Origin: an uncultured cyanobacterium
GTDB taxonomy: Bacteria > Cyanobacteriota > Cyanobacteriia > Cyanobacteriales > Cyanobacteriaceae
DNA: 63,272 bases
Reading direction: 5' to 3'
Assembly (NCBI GenBank): GCA_963749915.1
Contig: CAVVOP010000026.1
Span: forward strand, 1-63,272
Position numbers and translations under genes: made by a program. Shown here one piece after another: positions 17,425 to 33,030 of this stretch (position 1 is its first letter; every line of letters starts with the position of its first letter). The notes under the pieces are model-generated. The model saw nothing but the letters and a program-made list of their open reading frames with translations, was not told where the DNA came from and did not search any database.

Positions 17425-20367
17425 ATGCTTGATTTACAAAATATCAACTCTCCCGCCCTTTCAGAAGACAGCCTCATTGCCTCATCAACTCTGAAAAATT
17501 CCCCTAGCGAAGATATATTTCTGCATCGTCATGTCGGTATCGGTGAAAAAGAACAATCATTGATGTTGGCTAAACTAGGTTATGAGAATTTAGACACCTT
17601 AATTGATTCAGCCGTACCGCAATCTATCCGTCTCAAAAACCCATTACAATTACCTTCCCCTCAAACAGAAACCCAAGCCTTAGCCACTTTAAAAGCCATC
17701 GCCCAACAAAATCAGGTATATCATTCTTATATTGGCATGGGTTATTATAATTGCGTCACTCCCGCCGTCATTCAACGAAATATTCTCGAAAATCCCAATT
17801 GGTACACTGCTTACACCCCTTATCAGCCGGAAATTGCTCAAGGAAGACTTGAAGCTTTGTTAAACTTCCAAACCATGATTATTGACTTGACGGGGTTAGA
17901 AATTGCCAACGCTTCTCTCTTGGATGAAGCCACCGCCGCCGCCGAAGCTATGACTATGAGTTATGCCGTTAGTAAACATAAATCTAACACTTTTTTTGTC
18001 GATGAAAATTGTCACCCTCAAACCATCGAAGTGATGAAAACAAGGGCGAAATATTTAGATATAGATTTAATTATCGGCAATCCTGAAACTTTTACCTTTA
18101 ATACTCCCATTTTTGCCTGTTTACTCCAATATCCTGCTACCGACGGTACAATTCACGACTATCAATTCCTAATCAAACAAGTACATCAACAAAAAGGGTT
18201 AGTTATCCTCGCCGCCGACTTATTAAGCCTTGCCCTGTTAAAATCTCCGGGAGAACTAAATGCTGACATCGCTGTTGGAAATACCCAACGTTTTGGTGTA
18301 CCCTTAGGTTATGGTGGTCCTCATGCCGCTTATTTTGCTACTAAAGAAGAATATAAACGACAAGTTCCGGGTAGAATCGTTGGCGTTTCCAAAGATGTAC
18401 ACGGGCAACCAGCCCTAAGATTAGCCTTACAGACGAGAGAGCAACATATCCGTAGAGAAAAAGCAACCAGTAATATTTGTACAGCTCAAGTTTTGTTAGC
18501 AGTTATCGCTTCCACTTATGCGGTATATCATGGGGAAGAAGGCATTAAAAATATTGCTTTAAGAGTTAATTATTTAACAAAAATTTTGGCTAGGGGATTA
18601 GAAAAACTTGGTTATCAAATTAAATCTAAGCATTTTTTTGACACTATTACTATAGAAATTGATGATCCCAGTACTATTAAAGAGAAGGCGGAAAGTAAAT
18701 TAATCAACTTCCGTTACTATGAAAATGCCATCGGAATTAGCCTCGATGAAACTACCACTGTTGAGGATATTAAGACAATTTGGTCAATTTTTGCTCAAAA
18801 TCAGGACATAACCTTCAGTAGCTCCGATTTAGCCCTGGATAACTTAGGTATCCCCCCTCAATTGTACCGTGAAACCCGTTATCTTACTGAACCCATTTTC
18901 AATCAATATCATTCGGAAACGGAGTTACTGCGTTATTTACATCGTCTCGAAACGAAAGATTTATCCTTAACTACTTCCATGATTGCCTTAGGCTCTTGTA
19001 CCATGAAACTTAACGCCACTGCTGAAATGTTACCCGTGACATGGCCAGAGTTTAATCAAATTCACCCCTTCGCACCCTTATCCCAAACTAAAGGCTATCA
19101 AACTTTATTCTCACAACTAGAGGCATGGTTAACAGAAATTACAGGATTTGACGGTGTTTCTCTACAGCCCAATGCCGGTTCCCAAGGGGAATTCGCGGGG
19201 CTACAAGTTATCCGTAAATACCATGATAGTAGAGGAGAAGGCACACGTAATATTTGTTTAATCCCCGAGTCCGCACACGGCACAAATCCAGCCAGTGCGG
19301 TTATGTGTGGTTTAAAAGTGATAGCCATCAAATGTGACAATCAAGGGGATATTGATACCGAGGACTTAAAAGCCAAAGCTGAGAAACATCAACATAACTT
19401 ATCCACTTTGATGATTACCTACCCCTCCACTCACGGAGTTTTTGAGGAAGCCATTAAAGATATATGCAGTATAATTCACGCCTACGGAGGACAAGTGTAT
19501 CTCGACGGTGCCAACATGAATGCCCAAGTTGGCTTATGTCGGCCTGGTGATTTTGGTGCCGATGTCTGTCATCTCAACCTACATAAAACCTTCTGTATTC
19601 CTCACGGTGGCGGAGGACCGGGAGTGGGTCCTATTGGTGTAATGTCCCATTTACTACCTTTTTTGCCCTCAACCTCTTTAACTGAATCTTCCCCAACTCC
19701 CTTTACTAAGGGAGGAAATAATGAGTCTATCGGTTGGATTTCTGCTGCCCCTTGGGGAAGTGCTAGTATTTTACCGATATCGTGGATGTATATTGCCATG
19801 ATGGGCAGTAAGGGTTTAACGTTGGCCTCAAAAATTGCCATTCTCAACGCTAATTATATTGCCGATCGTCTCGCACCCCATTATCCTATCCTTTTTACAG
19901 GTAAATCTGGTCTAGTTGCCCATGAGTGTATTATTGATTTACGTCCCTTACGCAAAACTGCCTATATCGAGGTAGAAGACGTAGCCAAGCGGTTAATAGA
20001 TTATGGATTCCATGCCCCAACGATGTCTTGGCCTGTGGGTGGCACAATGATGATTGAACCTACGGAAAGCGAATCTCTAGGGGAATTAGATCGTTTTTGT
20101 GACGCTATGATTAGTATTCGGGAAGAAATCAGAGCTATTGAAGGAGAAGAAGGGGATAAAGACGATAATATTCTAAAAAATGCCCCTCATACTGCTATAA
20201 GTTTAATTTCTTCTGATTGGAGTCACCCCTATAGCCGAGAAGAGGCCGCCTATGCTGACCCCTTCACGAAACAACATAAGTTCTGGCCCGTGGTTGGACG
20301 TATTGAGAATGCCTATGGCGATCGAAATTTGGTATGTTCTTGTGTAAGTATAGACAACTATAAATAA
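17425..20367 (+). CDS. gcvP: Glycine dehydrogenase (decarboxylating), P protein
   Basis: [46 protein letters not shown]. Confidence 0.98.
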   Translation: MLDLQNINSPALSEDSLIASSTLKNSPSEDIFLHRHVGIGEKEQSLMLAKLGYENLDTLIDSAVPQSIRLKNPLQLPSPQTETQALATLKAIAQQNQVYHSYIGMGYYNCVTPAVIQRNILENPNWYTAYTPYQPEIAQGRLEALLNFQTMIIDLTGLEIANASLLDEATAAAEAMTMSYAVSKHKSNTFFVDENCHPQTIEVMKTRAKYLDIDLIIGNPETFTFNTPIFACLLQYPATDGTIHDYQFLIKQVHQQKGLVILAADLLSLALLKSPGELNADIAVGNTQRFGVPLGYGGPHAAYFATKEEYKRQVPGRIVGVSKDVHGQPALRLALQTREQHIRREKATSNICTAQVLLAVIASTYAVYHGEEGIKNIALRVNYLTKILARGLEKLGYQIKSKHFFDTITIEIDDPSTIKEKAESKLINFRYYENAIGISLDETTTVEDIKTIWSIFAQNQDITFSSSDLALDNLGIPPQLYRETRYLTEPIFNQYHSETELLRYLHRLETKDLSLTTSMIALGSCTMKLNATAEMLPVTWPEFNQIHPFAPLSQTKGYQTLFSQLEAWLTEITGFDGVSLQPNAGSQGEFAGLQVIRKYHDSRGEGTRNICLIPESAHGTNPASAVMCGLKVIAIKCDNQGDIDTEDLKAKAEKHQHNLSTLMITYPSTHGVFEEAIKDICSIIHAYGGQVYLDGANMNAQVGLCRPGDFGADVCHLNLHKTFCIPHGGGGPGVGPIGVMSHLLPFLPSTSLTESSPTPFTKGGNNESIGWISAAPWGSASILPISWMYIAMMGSKGLTLASKIAILNANYIADRLAPHYPILFTGKSGLVAHECIIDLRPLRKTAYIEVEDVAKRLIDYGFHAPTMSWPVGGTMMIEPTESESLGELDRFCDAMISIREEIRAIEGEEGDKDDNILKNAPHTAISLISSDWSHPYSREEAAYADPFTKQHKFWPVVGRIENAYGDRNLVCSCVSIDNYK

Positions 20368-20434
20368 TTTTATCTTTTATAGATGAAGAAAACGTAGTTT
20401 TGAGGTCTATGATACGGGAGACAGTGAATTCAAA

Positions 20435-21490
20435 ATGAAAATAGATACTCAGATTCGGGATAATTTTATCTATCCCTTACTATTTCAGCATGATGACCAG
20501 AAAAAAGCCGTTTTATCTAATGGTTTTGTCGTTGAAATGTACTATGTAGAAAAATTGCACGCCTTACCGGAAATGGCTGAAAAATACGGGAAAGTTAAAG
20601 ATCTTGAGTGGAAAATCTCCCTACCAATGACCACCGACAGGCAAGAAGTTATCGAGATTCAACCGATTGGTAATTTTGACATGAGAATTGAAACAATTGC
20701 CACCGAGGAGAATCGCCCCGTTGCCGTCTTTTCCCTTCCTGAAATTGACCTAGAAAAGGAAAGGCGGGTGTTTGGTTGGAAAGCTTTAGTTAAAATGTAT
20801 GGCATTCGCTATAGTGTCGATCCAGAGGATATTCGAGAAATTAGTGAAGCCGAATTGAATCAATATGCCCAATACTTGGAAAATGAAGACGAACTTGACA
20901 TGGAAAAGCGCTATGTCCAAGAAAAAGCTCAAGAAGCGGTGGAAGATTTAAGCGATGGCGACAAGAAAAATGTCCTCAAAAAAGCTAAAGCGATCCGAGA
21001 TTATATTTATCAGCGACTCACCTATGTCATGGATCGCTATCACGATGGGACTGAACAGGTTTTAAGGCAAAGGGAGGGTTCCTGTGGGGAATATCTCAAT
21101 GTCTTTTTATCCTTATTCCGATTGAACGATATTCCTGTCAGGAAGTGTGGCAATTACAAAGTTCCTGCATATAAAATGCAAGCCGGATCTCGGAACGTAT
21201 TTTTATCTCCGGATTTCAATCACGTTTGGCTACAATTTTACGTTCCTGACCTCGGTTGGGTTCCTTTAGAATCTAGTGCCGATGACGATGCTTCTAGCTT
21301 TAGGGAGTGGGCACAACGCTATTTCATGTCATTGGCTTGGTATCACGTGGAATGCCTTATGGGAAGCTATTTTGAGGATGTTTTCGAGCAAAGTACTGGC
21401 AAACCTCATTTTCTCGCTCCAGGAGATTTAGCGACCAAAGATATTAAATTCAAACTTCTCCAAGCTATTGATTTTGAATATCCTGATTAA
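20435..21490 (+). CDS. Transglutaminase-like domain protein
   Basis: GSCGEY, FNHVWLQFYVP.LGWVP.E triad motifs. Confidence 0.85.
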   Translation: MKIDTQIRDNFIYPLLFQHDDQKKAVLSNGFVVEMYYVEKLHALPEMAEKYGKVKDLEWKISLPMTTDRQEVIEIQPIGNFDMRIETIATEENRPVAVFSLPEIDLEKERRVFGWKALVKMYGIRYSVDPEDIREISEAELNQYAQYLENEDELDMEKRYVQEKAQEAVEDLSDGDKKNVLKKAKAIRDYIYQRLTYVMDRYHDGTEQVLRQREGSCGEYLNVFLSLFRLNDIPVRKCGNYKVPAYKMQAGSRNVFLSPDFNHVWLQFYVPDLGWVPLESSADDDASSFREWAQRYFMSLAWYHVECLMGSYFEDVFEQSTGKPHFLAPGDLATKDIKFKLLQAIDFEYPD

Positions 21491-21572
21491 AAATTTCGGC
21501 ATTCGGATCATTGCGGGATGATTTGTAATCAAATAGTAATATTTTGAGATTAAAGTAGAGTACTTCAATTCA

Positions 21573-23372
21573 TCAATTGCCAGTAGTGGCTAACATTTGT
21601 AATTTATATAAACTAGCATATAGTCCATTTTCCGTTAATAATTGATCATGGCTACCCGATTCGATTAATTCCCCGTGTTTTAAGACCAAAATTTTATCAA
21701 CATTGCGAATAGTTGACAGGCGATGGGCAATAATAATAGCAGTTTTATTGACTAAAAGTTTATCTAAGGCTTGTTGAGTATCGGCCTCCGTCGCTACATC
21801 TAAACTTGAGGTGGCTTCGTCTAAAACTAGTATATTGGGGTTACGGATGGCGACCCTCGCAAAGGCTAAGAGTTGTTTTTGTCCTCCAGAAAGATTTGCT
21901 CCTCTTTCTCTTAATTGGGTATCATATCCTTGGGGTAATTTTTCGATAAATTTGTCAATATTTGTAATTTCGGCCGCTTGTTTAATTTTTTCCAAGGTGT
22001 ATTCTTCCCCTAAAGTTATATTTCGTTTTACGTCTCCGGCAAAGATAAAACTTTCTTGTAAAATTACGCCGATATGACTTCTTAATTCTGCTTGACTAAT
22101 ATCTTTAATATCAATACCATCTACTAAAATTCTCCCTTGACTTGGTTCATACAAACGGCACAATAAACGAATTATAGAGCTTTTTCCTGCACCGGTAGGT
22201 CCTACTAAGGCAACTTTTTCCCCGGGTTTAATGATAAAATGTAGATTCTTCAGCACATATTCATCGGGTTTATAACCAAACCACACATTCTCAAATCTAA
22301 TTTCTCCGATTTGTTGGTTTTCTTTCGAAGTTTCAAAGCTAACATTATCGTCTCTATCTTTAATTTCGATAGGAATACTCATCAATTCAGTAATTCTCTC
22401 AATGGCAGTAAAACCTGACTGAAACATTGTAAATTTATCGGCAAATTGCCGCAAAGGATCGAATAATCTTTGAGAATAAAGGATAAAAGCGGATAACACC
22501 CCAAATGTGAGTTTATCTTCTAATATAAATAATCCTCCTAACCATAACACCCCAGCGATGGCTGCTAAGGAAATCCATTCTAAAGTAGCCGACACCGCTG
22601 AATCATGAAAAATGGTTTTATCAATAGCAACTAGATAACGATGATTCACATTGCGAAAAATTTCACTATTATATTTTTCTCGGCAGAATAATTGCACAAT
22701 ATTGATACCAACAACGTTTTCTTGCAACATGGAGTTAAGTAGAGATAATTCTTCCCTTGCCGCATAATTTGCCTTACGATATTGTCTTTGAAAATAAATA
22801 ATTAAGCCCGTGACGGGAATTAACATCAATACCAACAGAGAAGCTAATTGCCACTGTAGGGAAAACATGGTTACAACAATCACTAAGATTGAGACTAAAT
22901 CGCTGAGAATGCCAATAGCACCTGTAGCGAAAACGTCCCCCAAGGCTTCCACATCGTTAGTAATTCTCGTTACTAATTTTCCCACAGGGGTTTTATTAAA
23001 AAAATTAGAGGCTAAAGAAGTAATATGATTAAACAAATCTTCTCTAATAAATGCTGTTATTTCCTGCCCAACTTTTTGTACTAAAAATCCTTGCCATGTT
23101 TGAAAAGTAGTTCTAATAATAATAGTTAATAGTAAAATAAAAGCTAGTAAATTCAATCCACTAGAGACAGAATATGACCTTAAAAACGACCATGTGGGTT
23201 CATTTCTTAACAAAGAAATAGCCTGACCTACAAGAAGAGGCTGCACTGCTCCAGCTAAAGATAAGGGTATTAATAAGATCAAAGAAATTAGTAAAATAGA
23301 TGAGTTTCGTTTGGCATAAGGAGCAATCTTCAATAATAAACCCCAGTCATTTTCTTTTATTTTTATTTGCAT
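21573..23372 (-). CDS. ABC transporter ATP-binding/permease (MdlB-like)
   Basis: TM domain plus GPTGAGKS, LSGGQKQ, LDEATS. Confidence 0.95.
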   Translation of the reverse strand: MQIKIKENDWGLLLKIAPYAKRNSSILLISLILLIPLSLAGAVQPLLVGQAISLLRNEPTWSFLRSYSVSSGLNLLAFILLLTIIIRTTFQTWQGFLVQKVGQEITAFIREDLFNHITSLASNFFNKTPVGKLVTRITNDVEALGDVFATGAIGILSDLVSILVIVVTMFSLQWQLASLLVLMLIPVTGLIIYFQRQYRKANYAAREELSLLNSMLQENVVGINIVQLFCREKYNSEIFRNVNHRYLVAIDKTIFHDSAVSATLEWISLAAIAGVLWLGGLFILEDKLTFGVLSAFILYSQRLFDPLRQFADKFTMFQSGFTAIERITELMSIPIEIKDRDDNVSFETSKENQQIGEIRFENVWFGYKPDEYVLKNLHFIIKPGEKVALVGPTGAGKSSIIRLLCRLYEPSQGRILVDGIDIKDISQAELRSHIGVILQESFIFAGDVKRNITLGEEYTLEKIKQAAEITNIDKFIEKLPQGYDTQLRERGANLSGGQKQLLAFARVAIRNPNILVLDEATSSLDVATEADTQQALDKLLVNKTAIIIAHRLSTIRNVDKILVLKHGELIESGSHDQLLTENGLYASLYKLQMLATTGN

Positions 23373-23550
23373 TTAATTACACTAAAATGTTTATATTTAA
23401 TTTATCTTTGTTAAACTTATTTCAAAGCCTGCTTGTTGAAAATGACGATCCGTTATTAAAACAATCTGTATTCCAATCCGAAGGCATTATTCCTACTGCC
23501 ATTTTGGTTGATATACACTTGACTAATTTATTTTTATTTTAGTCTATTTA

Positions 23551-27416
<3,866 letters not shown>

Positions 27417-27665
27417 AATTTTATGGTGATACTTAACATCATCTGTCTTTCTCCAGTATATTATTAATGAAAATAAAATATAATTTTACCGCAGAAGATG
27501 TCGGGAAGGAAACAATCCTAGGTTATTTATAGGAAAGCAAACTAATTATTTCGATCTGGGATTTTGCACCAATACAAAAAAACTTTCAGAGAGGAAGTCT
27601 CTTGATCCAAATGGTTGATTTCGTACTAAAATTCAGCAAAAGTTGAAATTATAATATTGATAATC

Positions 27666-28724
27666 ATGGGCGAGTCCAAAAAAGTATCTGTGGGAATTGT
27701 GGGTGCATCCGGTTACGGTGGTGTACAATTAGTCAAAATATTATTAGAGCATCCTCAAGTAGAAATCGTCTATCTTGGCGGTGACAGTAGTGCGGGGAAA
27801 GAATACGGGGATTTATACCCCCATTTACAACACCGAGTTAAAACCATCATTGAACCTATTGAGTTAGATGCCATCGCATCCCGTTGTCAAGTCGTATTTT
27901 TAGGCTTACCCAACGGATTGGCCTGTGATTTTGCCCCAAAATTAATTGAAAAAGGATGTCAAGTATTAGACTTGTCCGCCGATTATCGTTTTCAGGATTT
28001 GGACACCTATACTGCATGGTATAAAACCGAAAGAAAAGATCATCAAACCGCCGCTACTGCAGTTTATGGTTTACCTGAATTATATCAAAAACAAATCAAA
28101 AATAGTAATTTAATCGGTTGTGCCGGATGTTATCCTACCGCCAGTTTATTAGCACTTGCACCCCTTTTAAAACAAGCTTTAATCTTACCCGAAACCATTA
28201 TCATTGACGCCAAGTCAGGTACCTCTGGCGGTGGCAGACAGGGCAAAATTAATCTATTATTAGCAGAGGCGGATAGTTCCTTAGGGGCATATGGAGTAGC
28301 AAAACATAGACACACCCCAGAAATTGAACAAGTTTGCTCAGATTTAGCTCGAAGTAAAGTCAAAGTACAGTTTACTCCTCATTTAATCCCCATGCCTAGA
28401 GGCATTTTAGCCACTGTTTATGGTACGTTGAGAGATCCCGGATTAGTTACAGAGGATTTACTAACTATTTACAACGCTTTTTACCGCAGTTCTAGCTTTG
28501 TGAAAGTATTAAATAGCGGGATTTACCCGCAAACAAAATGGGCTTGCGGGACTAATTTAGCCTATATTGGCATTGAAGTTGACCCCCGCACTGGTAGGGT
28601 AATTGTTATGTCAGCGATCGATAACTTAATTAAAGGACAAGCGGGACAAGCAGTTCAATGTTTAAACTTAATGATGGGATGGGCTGAGGATTTAGGCTTA
28701 CCAACTTTAGGTTTTTATCCATAA
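27666..28724 (+). CDS. argC: N-acetyl-gamma-glutamyl-phosphate reductase
   Basis: [33 protein letters not shown]. Confidence 0.97.
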   Translation: MGESKKVSVGIVGASGYGGVQLVKILLEHPQVEIVYLGGDSSAGKEYGDLYPHLQHRVKTIIEPIELDAIASRCQVVFLGLPNGLACDFAPKLIEKGCQVLDLSADYRFQDLDTYTAWYKTERKDHQTAATAVYGLPELYQKQIKNSNLIGCAGCYPTASLLALAPLLKQALILPETIIIDAKSGTSGGGRQGKINLLLAEADSSLGAYGVAKHRHTPEIEQVCSDLARSKVKVQFTPHLIPMPRGILATVYGTLRDPGLVTEDLLTIYNAFYRSSSFVKVLNSGIYPQTKWACGTNLAYIGIEVDPRTGRVIVMSAIDNLIKGQAGQAVQCLNLMMGWAEDLGLPTLGFYP

Positions 28725-29028
28725 ATTCCGATAAAAGTCATGAATGGTTGTGCCAAAAATTAAATTTTAACCAATCAAAACATAAAATGGCCAGAAATAA
28801 AGATGATTAATACACTTAAAAAAATCCTAATCAAACAAAGATTTTTATTAATAGTAATTGCCCTTATTCTGGCATTCTTTCTTAAGGGTTTTGGACAACA
28901 AATATTGTCTGCTAAAGACATTAATTCTTAGGATAAAACTATCAGTCAATGGCGATCGCCAATACAGTTTCCTACCGGTGCATTTGCCTCAGTCAAAGAC
29001 CTTGAATTTATGAAAGACCGTTTTTCCT

Positions 29029-29889
29029 ATGAAGCATAAATTAATTTTTCAACTGTTGTTAACGAGTTTATTCTTTAGTGTCAATTTTTTTCAGAAACTC
29101 CCCGCAAAAGCAGAAAACATATTAGAAGAAATTCACCGCACGGGATTTTTAAAAATAGGAGTAAGAAGCGACGCCATTCCCTTTGGTTATCTTAATAATA
29201 ACTCAGAATTGCAAGGAATTTGTTTTGATTTGGTGGCATTAATTCGAGAACAATTAAGTAAAACTATCGATCGAAATATCATTGCCGTTAAAATACTTAT
29301 TTCTAGTCTTGAAAATCGTTTTGACATAGTTCAAGATGGAGTAGTTCATTTAGAATGTGGACCTAACACTATCAGAGTATTGGATGACTACTATAATGTC
29401 GGCTTTTCTGAACCTTTTTTCGTCTCAGGTATTCAGCTATTCGTCAAAGAAGAGACGGCACCAAAATTAACTAACTCTGACGGTACAAATTTAACCATCG
29501 GTTTATTACGTTACACCAATACTGAAATATTGATCAAGGAAAAATATCCTCAAGCAAAATTCCAGTTATTTCAGGGCGTTAGAGGTACGGAAAGAGCATT
29601 ACAAAGCGTAACAAGTGGAAGAGTAGATGCTTTTGCTGATGATGGTATTTTATTGGTTGGACAATCTATTGCACAAAAGATATTTGTGGGGAAGAATAAG
29701 GGATATGTGTTAGTACCGCAACCACCGTTAACTTGTGAGAAATATGGATTAATTATCCCCAAGAACGATCCTTCATGGGAGAATTTTATCAACTCTATAT
29801 TAAAATCTGAGGAAAAAACCCGACTAATAGATCATTGGTTTAGGAATCTAAATATTGAATCAACTTCACATCAAAATAATTGTAATTAA
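29029..29889 (+). CDS. Amino-acid ABC transporter substrate-binding protein (family 3), orphan
   Basis: GVRSDAIPFGY, HLECGPNT, DAFADDGILL. Confidence 0.85.
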   Translation: MKHKLIFQLLLTSLFFSVNFFQKLPAKAENILEEIHRTGFLKIGVRSDAIPFGYLNNNSELQGICFDLVALIREQLSKTIDRNIIAVKILISSLENRFDIVQDGVVHLECGPNTIRVLDDYYNVGFSEPFFVSGIQLFVKEETAPKLTNSDGTNLTIGLLRYTNTEILIKEKYPQAKFQLFQGVRGTERALQSVTSGRVDAFADDGILLVGQSIAQKIFVGKNKGYVLVPQPPLTCEKYGLIIPKNDPSWENFINSILKSEEKTRLIDHWFRNLNIESTSHQNNCN

Positions 29890-30088
29890 GTTAACGACTC
29901 GTAATATAAAAAAACATGGGGTTCCCAGCTGAATTTTTCATTGACGGTATTTTCTCGGGGGAATAATTGGACCAACCATTACTTGAGGTCTAAAATTAAC
30001 AGGTTATTTATTTGCCGAGATAACAGAAAATTGTTGAAACGGCACTTTGATCGATTAAAATTAATCTTATCCTGAAAGGAAAAGGTAT

Positions 30089-32956
30089 TTGGCCATGACT
30101 ACTCATCCCCCGATTTGGTCTCTGAATGCTGAAGAAGTATATGTAACCCTAGGCACCTCCGCCCAAGGACTTGCCGATAGTGAAGCGGCGGTTAGATTAA
30201 AACTCTACGGAACAAACGAACTACCAGAACCGCCCCATCGACCCTTTTTACTGCGTTTTCTCGACCAGTTGACCCATTTTATGGCACTGCTGCTGTGGGT
30301 AGCTGGTATTCTTGCTTTTGTCTCCCATACTCCAGAACTAGGTTGGGCAATCTGGGCAGTGATTTGGATTAACGCCATCTTTAGTTTTTCTCAGGAATTT
30401 CAAGCCGAAAAGGCATTGGCTGCTCTCAAAAAGGTACTTCCGGCCCAAGCCAAAGTTTATCGCAGTGGTATATTGCAGACCATTCTCGCCCGTGAGTTAG
30501 TGCGTGGGGATGTAATTCAATTAGAAGAAGGCGATCGCATCTCTGCCGATGCCCGTTTAGTCGCCGCTGAAAGTTTTTATCTTGATGTCTCCGTCCTTAC
30601 GGGAGAGTCTTTACCCATCAATCGCCATGCTCGTCCCGTGCGTCCCCGTCGGGTTGTGCCGATGCGCAACGGTACCCCTTTAATGCACCCCGGGGAAGAT
30701 TCCTTACAAGAACAAATCCGACCAGCAGAAATAGCCAATCTTGTTTTGGCAGGTTCTACAGTCTCCTCTGGTCGAGCTACGGCAGTAGTTTACGCTACGG
30801 GAGCTAGAACTGAGTTCGGTCACGTTGCTCATTTAACTACCACCGTCAAACGCGAACCTAGCACCCTAGAAGTTCAGATTGCGAAGATTGTGCGGTTTAT
30901 TACCACCATGGCGATTACCATGGGGGCGTTCGTTTTTCTGCTGACCTACTTTTTGGTGGGAATGGAAGCGAAAGAAAGCTTTATTTTTGCCATTGGCATT
31001 ATTGTTGCTTTTGTCCCGGAAGGACTGTTGCCTACAGTTACTCTGTCTTTAGCAATGGGGGTACAGCGCATGGCTAAATGTAATGCCTTAGTGCGAAGGC
31101 TTTCGGCAGTAGAAACCCTTAGTGCCACAACAGCAATCTGCACTGACAAAACTGGGACTTTAACCAAAAATGAGATGACAGTTCGCCGTCTCTGGTTGCC
31201 AACCCCGACGGATGCTGCTTATATCGAAGTTACTGGTGCCGGTTATGATCCCATTGGAGAAGTGAAACTGACCCCTGAGAGCGAGATAGGGGAAAGAGTT
31301 CGTTTGCTTTTAGCTGGTGCCGCACTCTGTTCCAATGCCCGCCTGATTCATCTTTCCCAACCGGATCGCTGGCAAGAAATTGGCGACCCCACCGAAGCCG
31401 CACTGATAGTAGCGGCGATTAAGGCCGGTTTACAACCAGAACTATTGCATAGTCAATCCCCTCGGGTGCGAGAAGTACCCTTCGATTCCCGTCGCCGTCT
31501 GATGAGCGTGGTGCTTGATTGGCATAGTGAACTTTGGTCGAACGAACATCAATATCTCAGCTTTACTAAGGGCGCGCCCTTAGAAGTTTTGCGTCACTGT
31601 AACTGGATTCTAGGAGACAATCAGTCTCAAGTACTCACCCCCACAGATCGGGCTGCCATTACAGTTGCTAACGATGACTTAGCCCGTCAGGGTTTTCGCA
31701 TTTTGGGGATTGCTGCCCGTAAAGGAGAACGGGAACTTCTAGAAAAGACCTCTGCTCAACTAGAGCAAGATCTCACCTTTATTGGTTTAGTGGCGATGTT
31801 CGATCCCCCCCGTGAGCAAGTAGAAGATGCCATTACCCAATGTCATCAGGCAGGAATTACGGTAACCATGATTACGGGGGATTACGGCCTAACCGCCGAA
31901 GCGATCGCTCTTAACATTGGGATGGTAAAGGGCAAAGCCAGGGTCGTCACGGGAGAAGAATTAGGACACTTATCAGAGGCGCAACTGCGCCAATTAATTC
32001 ATCATAATCAAAATCAACTCATTTTTGCCCGTGTCATGCCTGAACAAAAACTGCGCATCGTTCAGGCTTATGAAAGTATTGGTCACGTAGTCGCCGTCAC
32101 GGGAGATGGGGTGAACGACTCTCCAGCTCTACGAGCAGCTAATATCGGTATTGCCATGGGAATGAGCGGTACTGATGTAGCCAGGGAAGCAGCCGATATC
32201 GTGTTACTGGATGACAACTTTGCCACTATTGTCAGTGCCATTGGGCAGGGGCGAGCCGTTTATCAGAACATTCGCAAGTTTATGACCTATATCCTCGCTT
32301 CCAATGTGGCGGAGATTATCCCGTTCTTAGCAATGGTCATCTTCAAGATTCCGCCAGCTCTAGTTGTACTACAAATTTTAGCTATCGATCTGGGGACAGA
32401 TATGATTCCTGCCCTTGCGTTGGGGGCGGAAAAACCGGAACAGGGGATCATGAAGCAACCACCCCGTAAAAAGGCTCAATCCCTTCTCGATCTGTCTTTG
32501 TTAGCTCGTGCCTATGGTTTCCTTGGTTTAATTGAAGCAGTGCTGGGAATGAGTGTCTTTTTACTAGTTTGGTGGAGCTATGGTTACAGTTTTGCCGACC
32601 TACAGGCAGTTAGTTCCGCGATTTTAGCTCATACAGCCGATCCTGCCACCAGAGCAATCTATCAACAAGCCACCACTGCTACTTTAGTCACCATCGTCGC
32701 CTGTCAAGATGGCAACGTTTTTGCTTGCCGTTCGGAAAGAACATCAATTTTCGCATTAGGATTTTTCAGTAATCGCTTAATTTGGTTCGGCATTGTTACC
32801 GAGTGGATTTTGATCCTCAGTATTATTTTTCTCCAGCCTTTAGAAAATATCTTTGCTACCGCACCGATAGCTATTTGGCAGTGGCTGTTGCTCTTAATTT
32901 GTCCGCCGATCTTGTTAGGGGCTGAAGAATTACGCAAGAGATTCTTTTGTATGTAA
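30089..32956 (+). CDS. Cation-transporting P-type ATPase, type IIC-like
   Basis: TGES, VPEGL, DKTGTLT, GDGVND, IDLGTDM. Confidence 0.93.
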   Translation: MAMTTHPPIWSLNAEEVYVTLGTSAQGLADSEAAVRLKLYGTNELPEPPHRPFLLRFLDQLTHFMALLLWVAGILAFVSHTPELGWAIWAVIWINAIFSFSQEFQAEKALAALKKVLPAQAKVYRSGILQTILARELVRGDVIQLEEGDRISADARLVAAESFYLDVSVLTGESLPINRHARPVRPRRVVPMRNGTPLMHPGEDSLQEQIRPAEIANLVLAGSTVSSGRATAVVYATGARTEFGHVAHLTTTVKREPSTLEVQIAKIVRFITTMAITMGAFVFLLTYFLVGMEAKESFIFAIGIIVAFVPEGLLPTVTLSLAMGVQRMAKCNALVRRLSAVETLSATTAICTDKTGTLTKNEMTVRRLWLPTPTDAAYIEVTGAGYDPIGEVKLTPESEIGERVRLLLAGAALCSNARLIHLSQPDRWQEIGDPTEAALIVAAIKAGLQPELLHSQSPRVREVPFDSRRRLMSVVLDWHSELWSNEHQYLSFTKGAPLEVLRHCNWILGDNQSQVLTPTDRAAITVANDDLARQGFRILGIAARKGERELLEKTSAQLEQDLTFIGLVAMFDPPREQVEDAITQCHQAGITVTMITGDYGLTAEAIALNIGMVKGKARVVTGEELGHLSEAQLRQLIHHNQNQLIFARVMPEQKLRIVQAYESIGHVVAVTGDGVNDSPALRAANIGIAMGMSGTDVAREAADIVLLDDNFATIVSAIGQGRAVYQNIRKFMTYILASNVAEIIPFLAMVIFKIPPALVVLQILAIDLGTDMIPALALGAEKPEQGIMKQPPRKKAQSLLDLSLLARAYGFLGLIEAVLGMSVFLLVWWSYGYSFADLQAVSSAILAHTADPATRAIYQQATTATLVTIVACQDGNVFACRSERTSIFALGFFSNRLIWFGIVTEWILILSIIFLQPLENIFATAPIAIWQWLLLLICPPILLGAEELRKRFFCM

Positions 32957-33030
32957 AACTTGCTCTTTCCCAAAAAAGTAGAGTAGAAGACAGAGGGTAG
33001 GAGGTTTGATTGAATGGTGGACTGTCTCCC

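Noticed and set aside
29029..29889. GrrP-type RiPP-associated binding protein
   Set aside because: No radical SAM or Gly-rich precursor gene nearby
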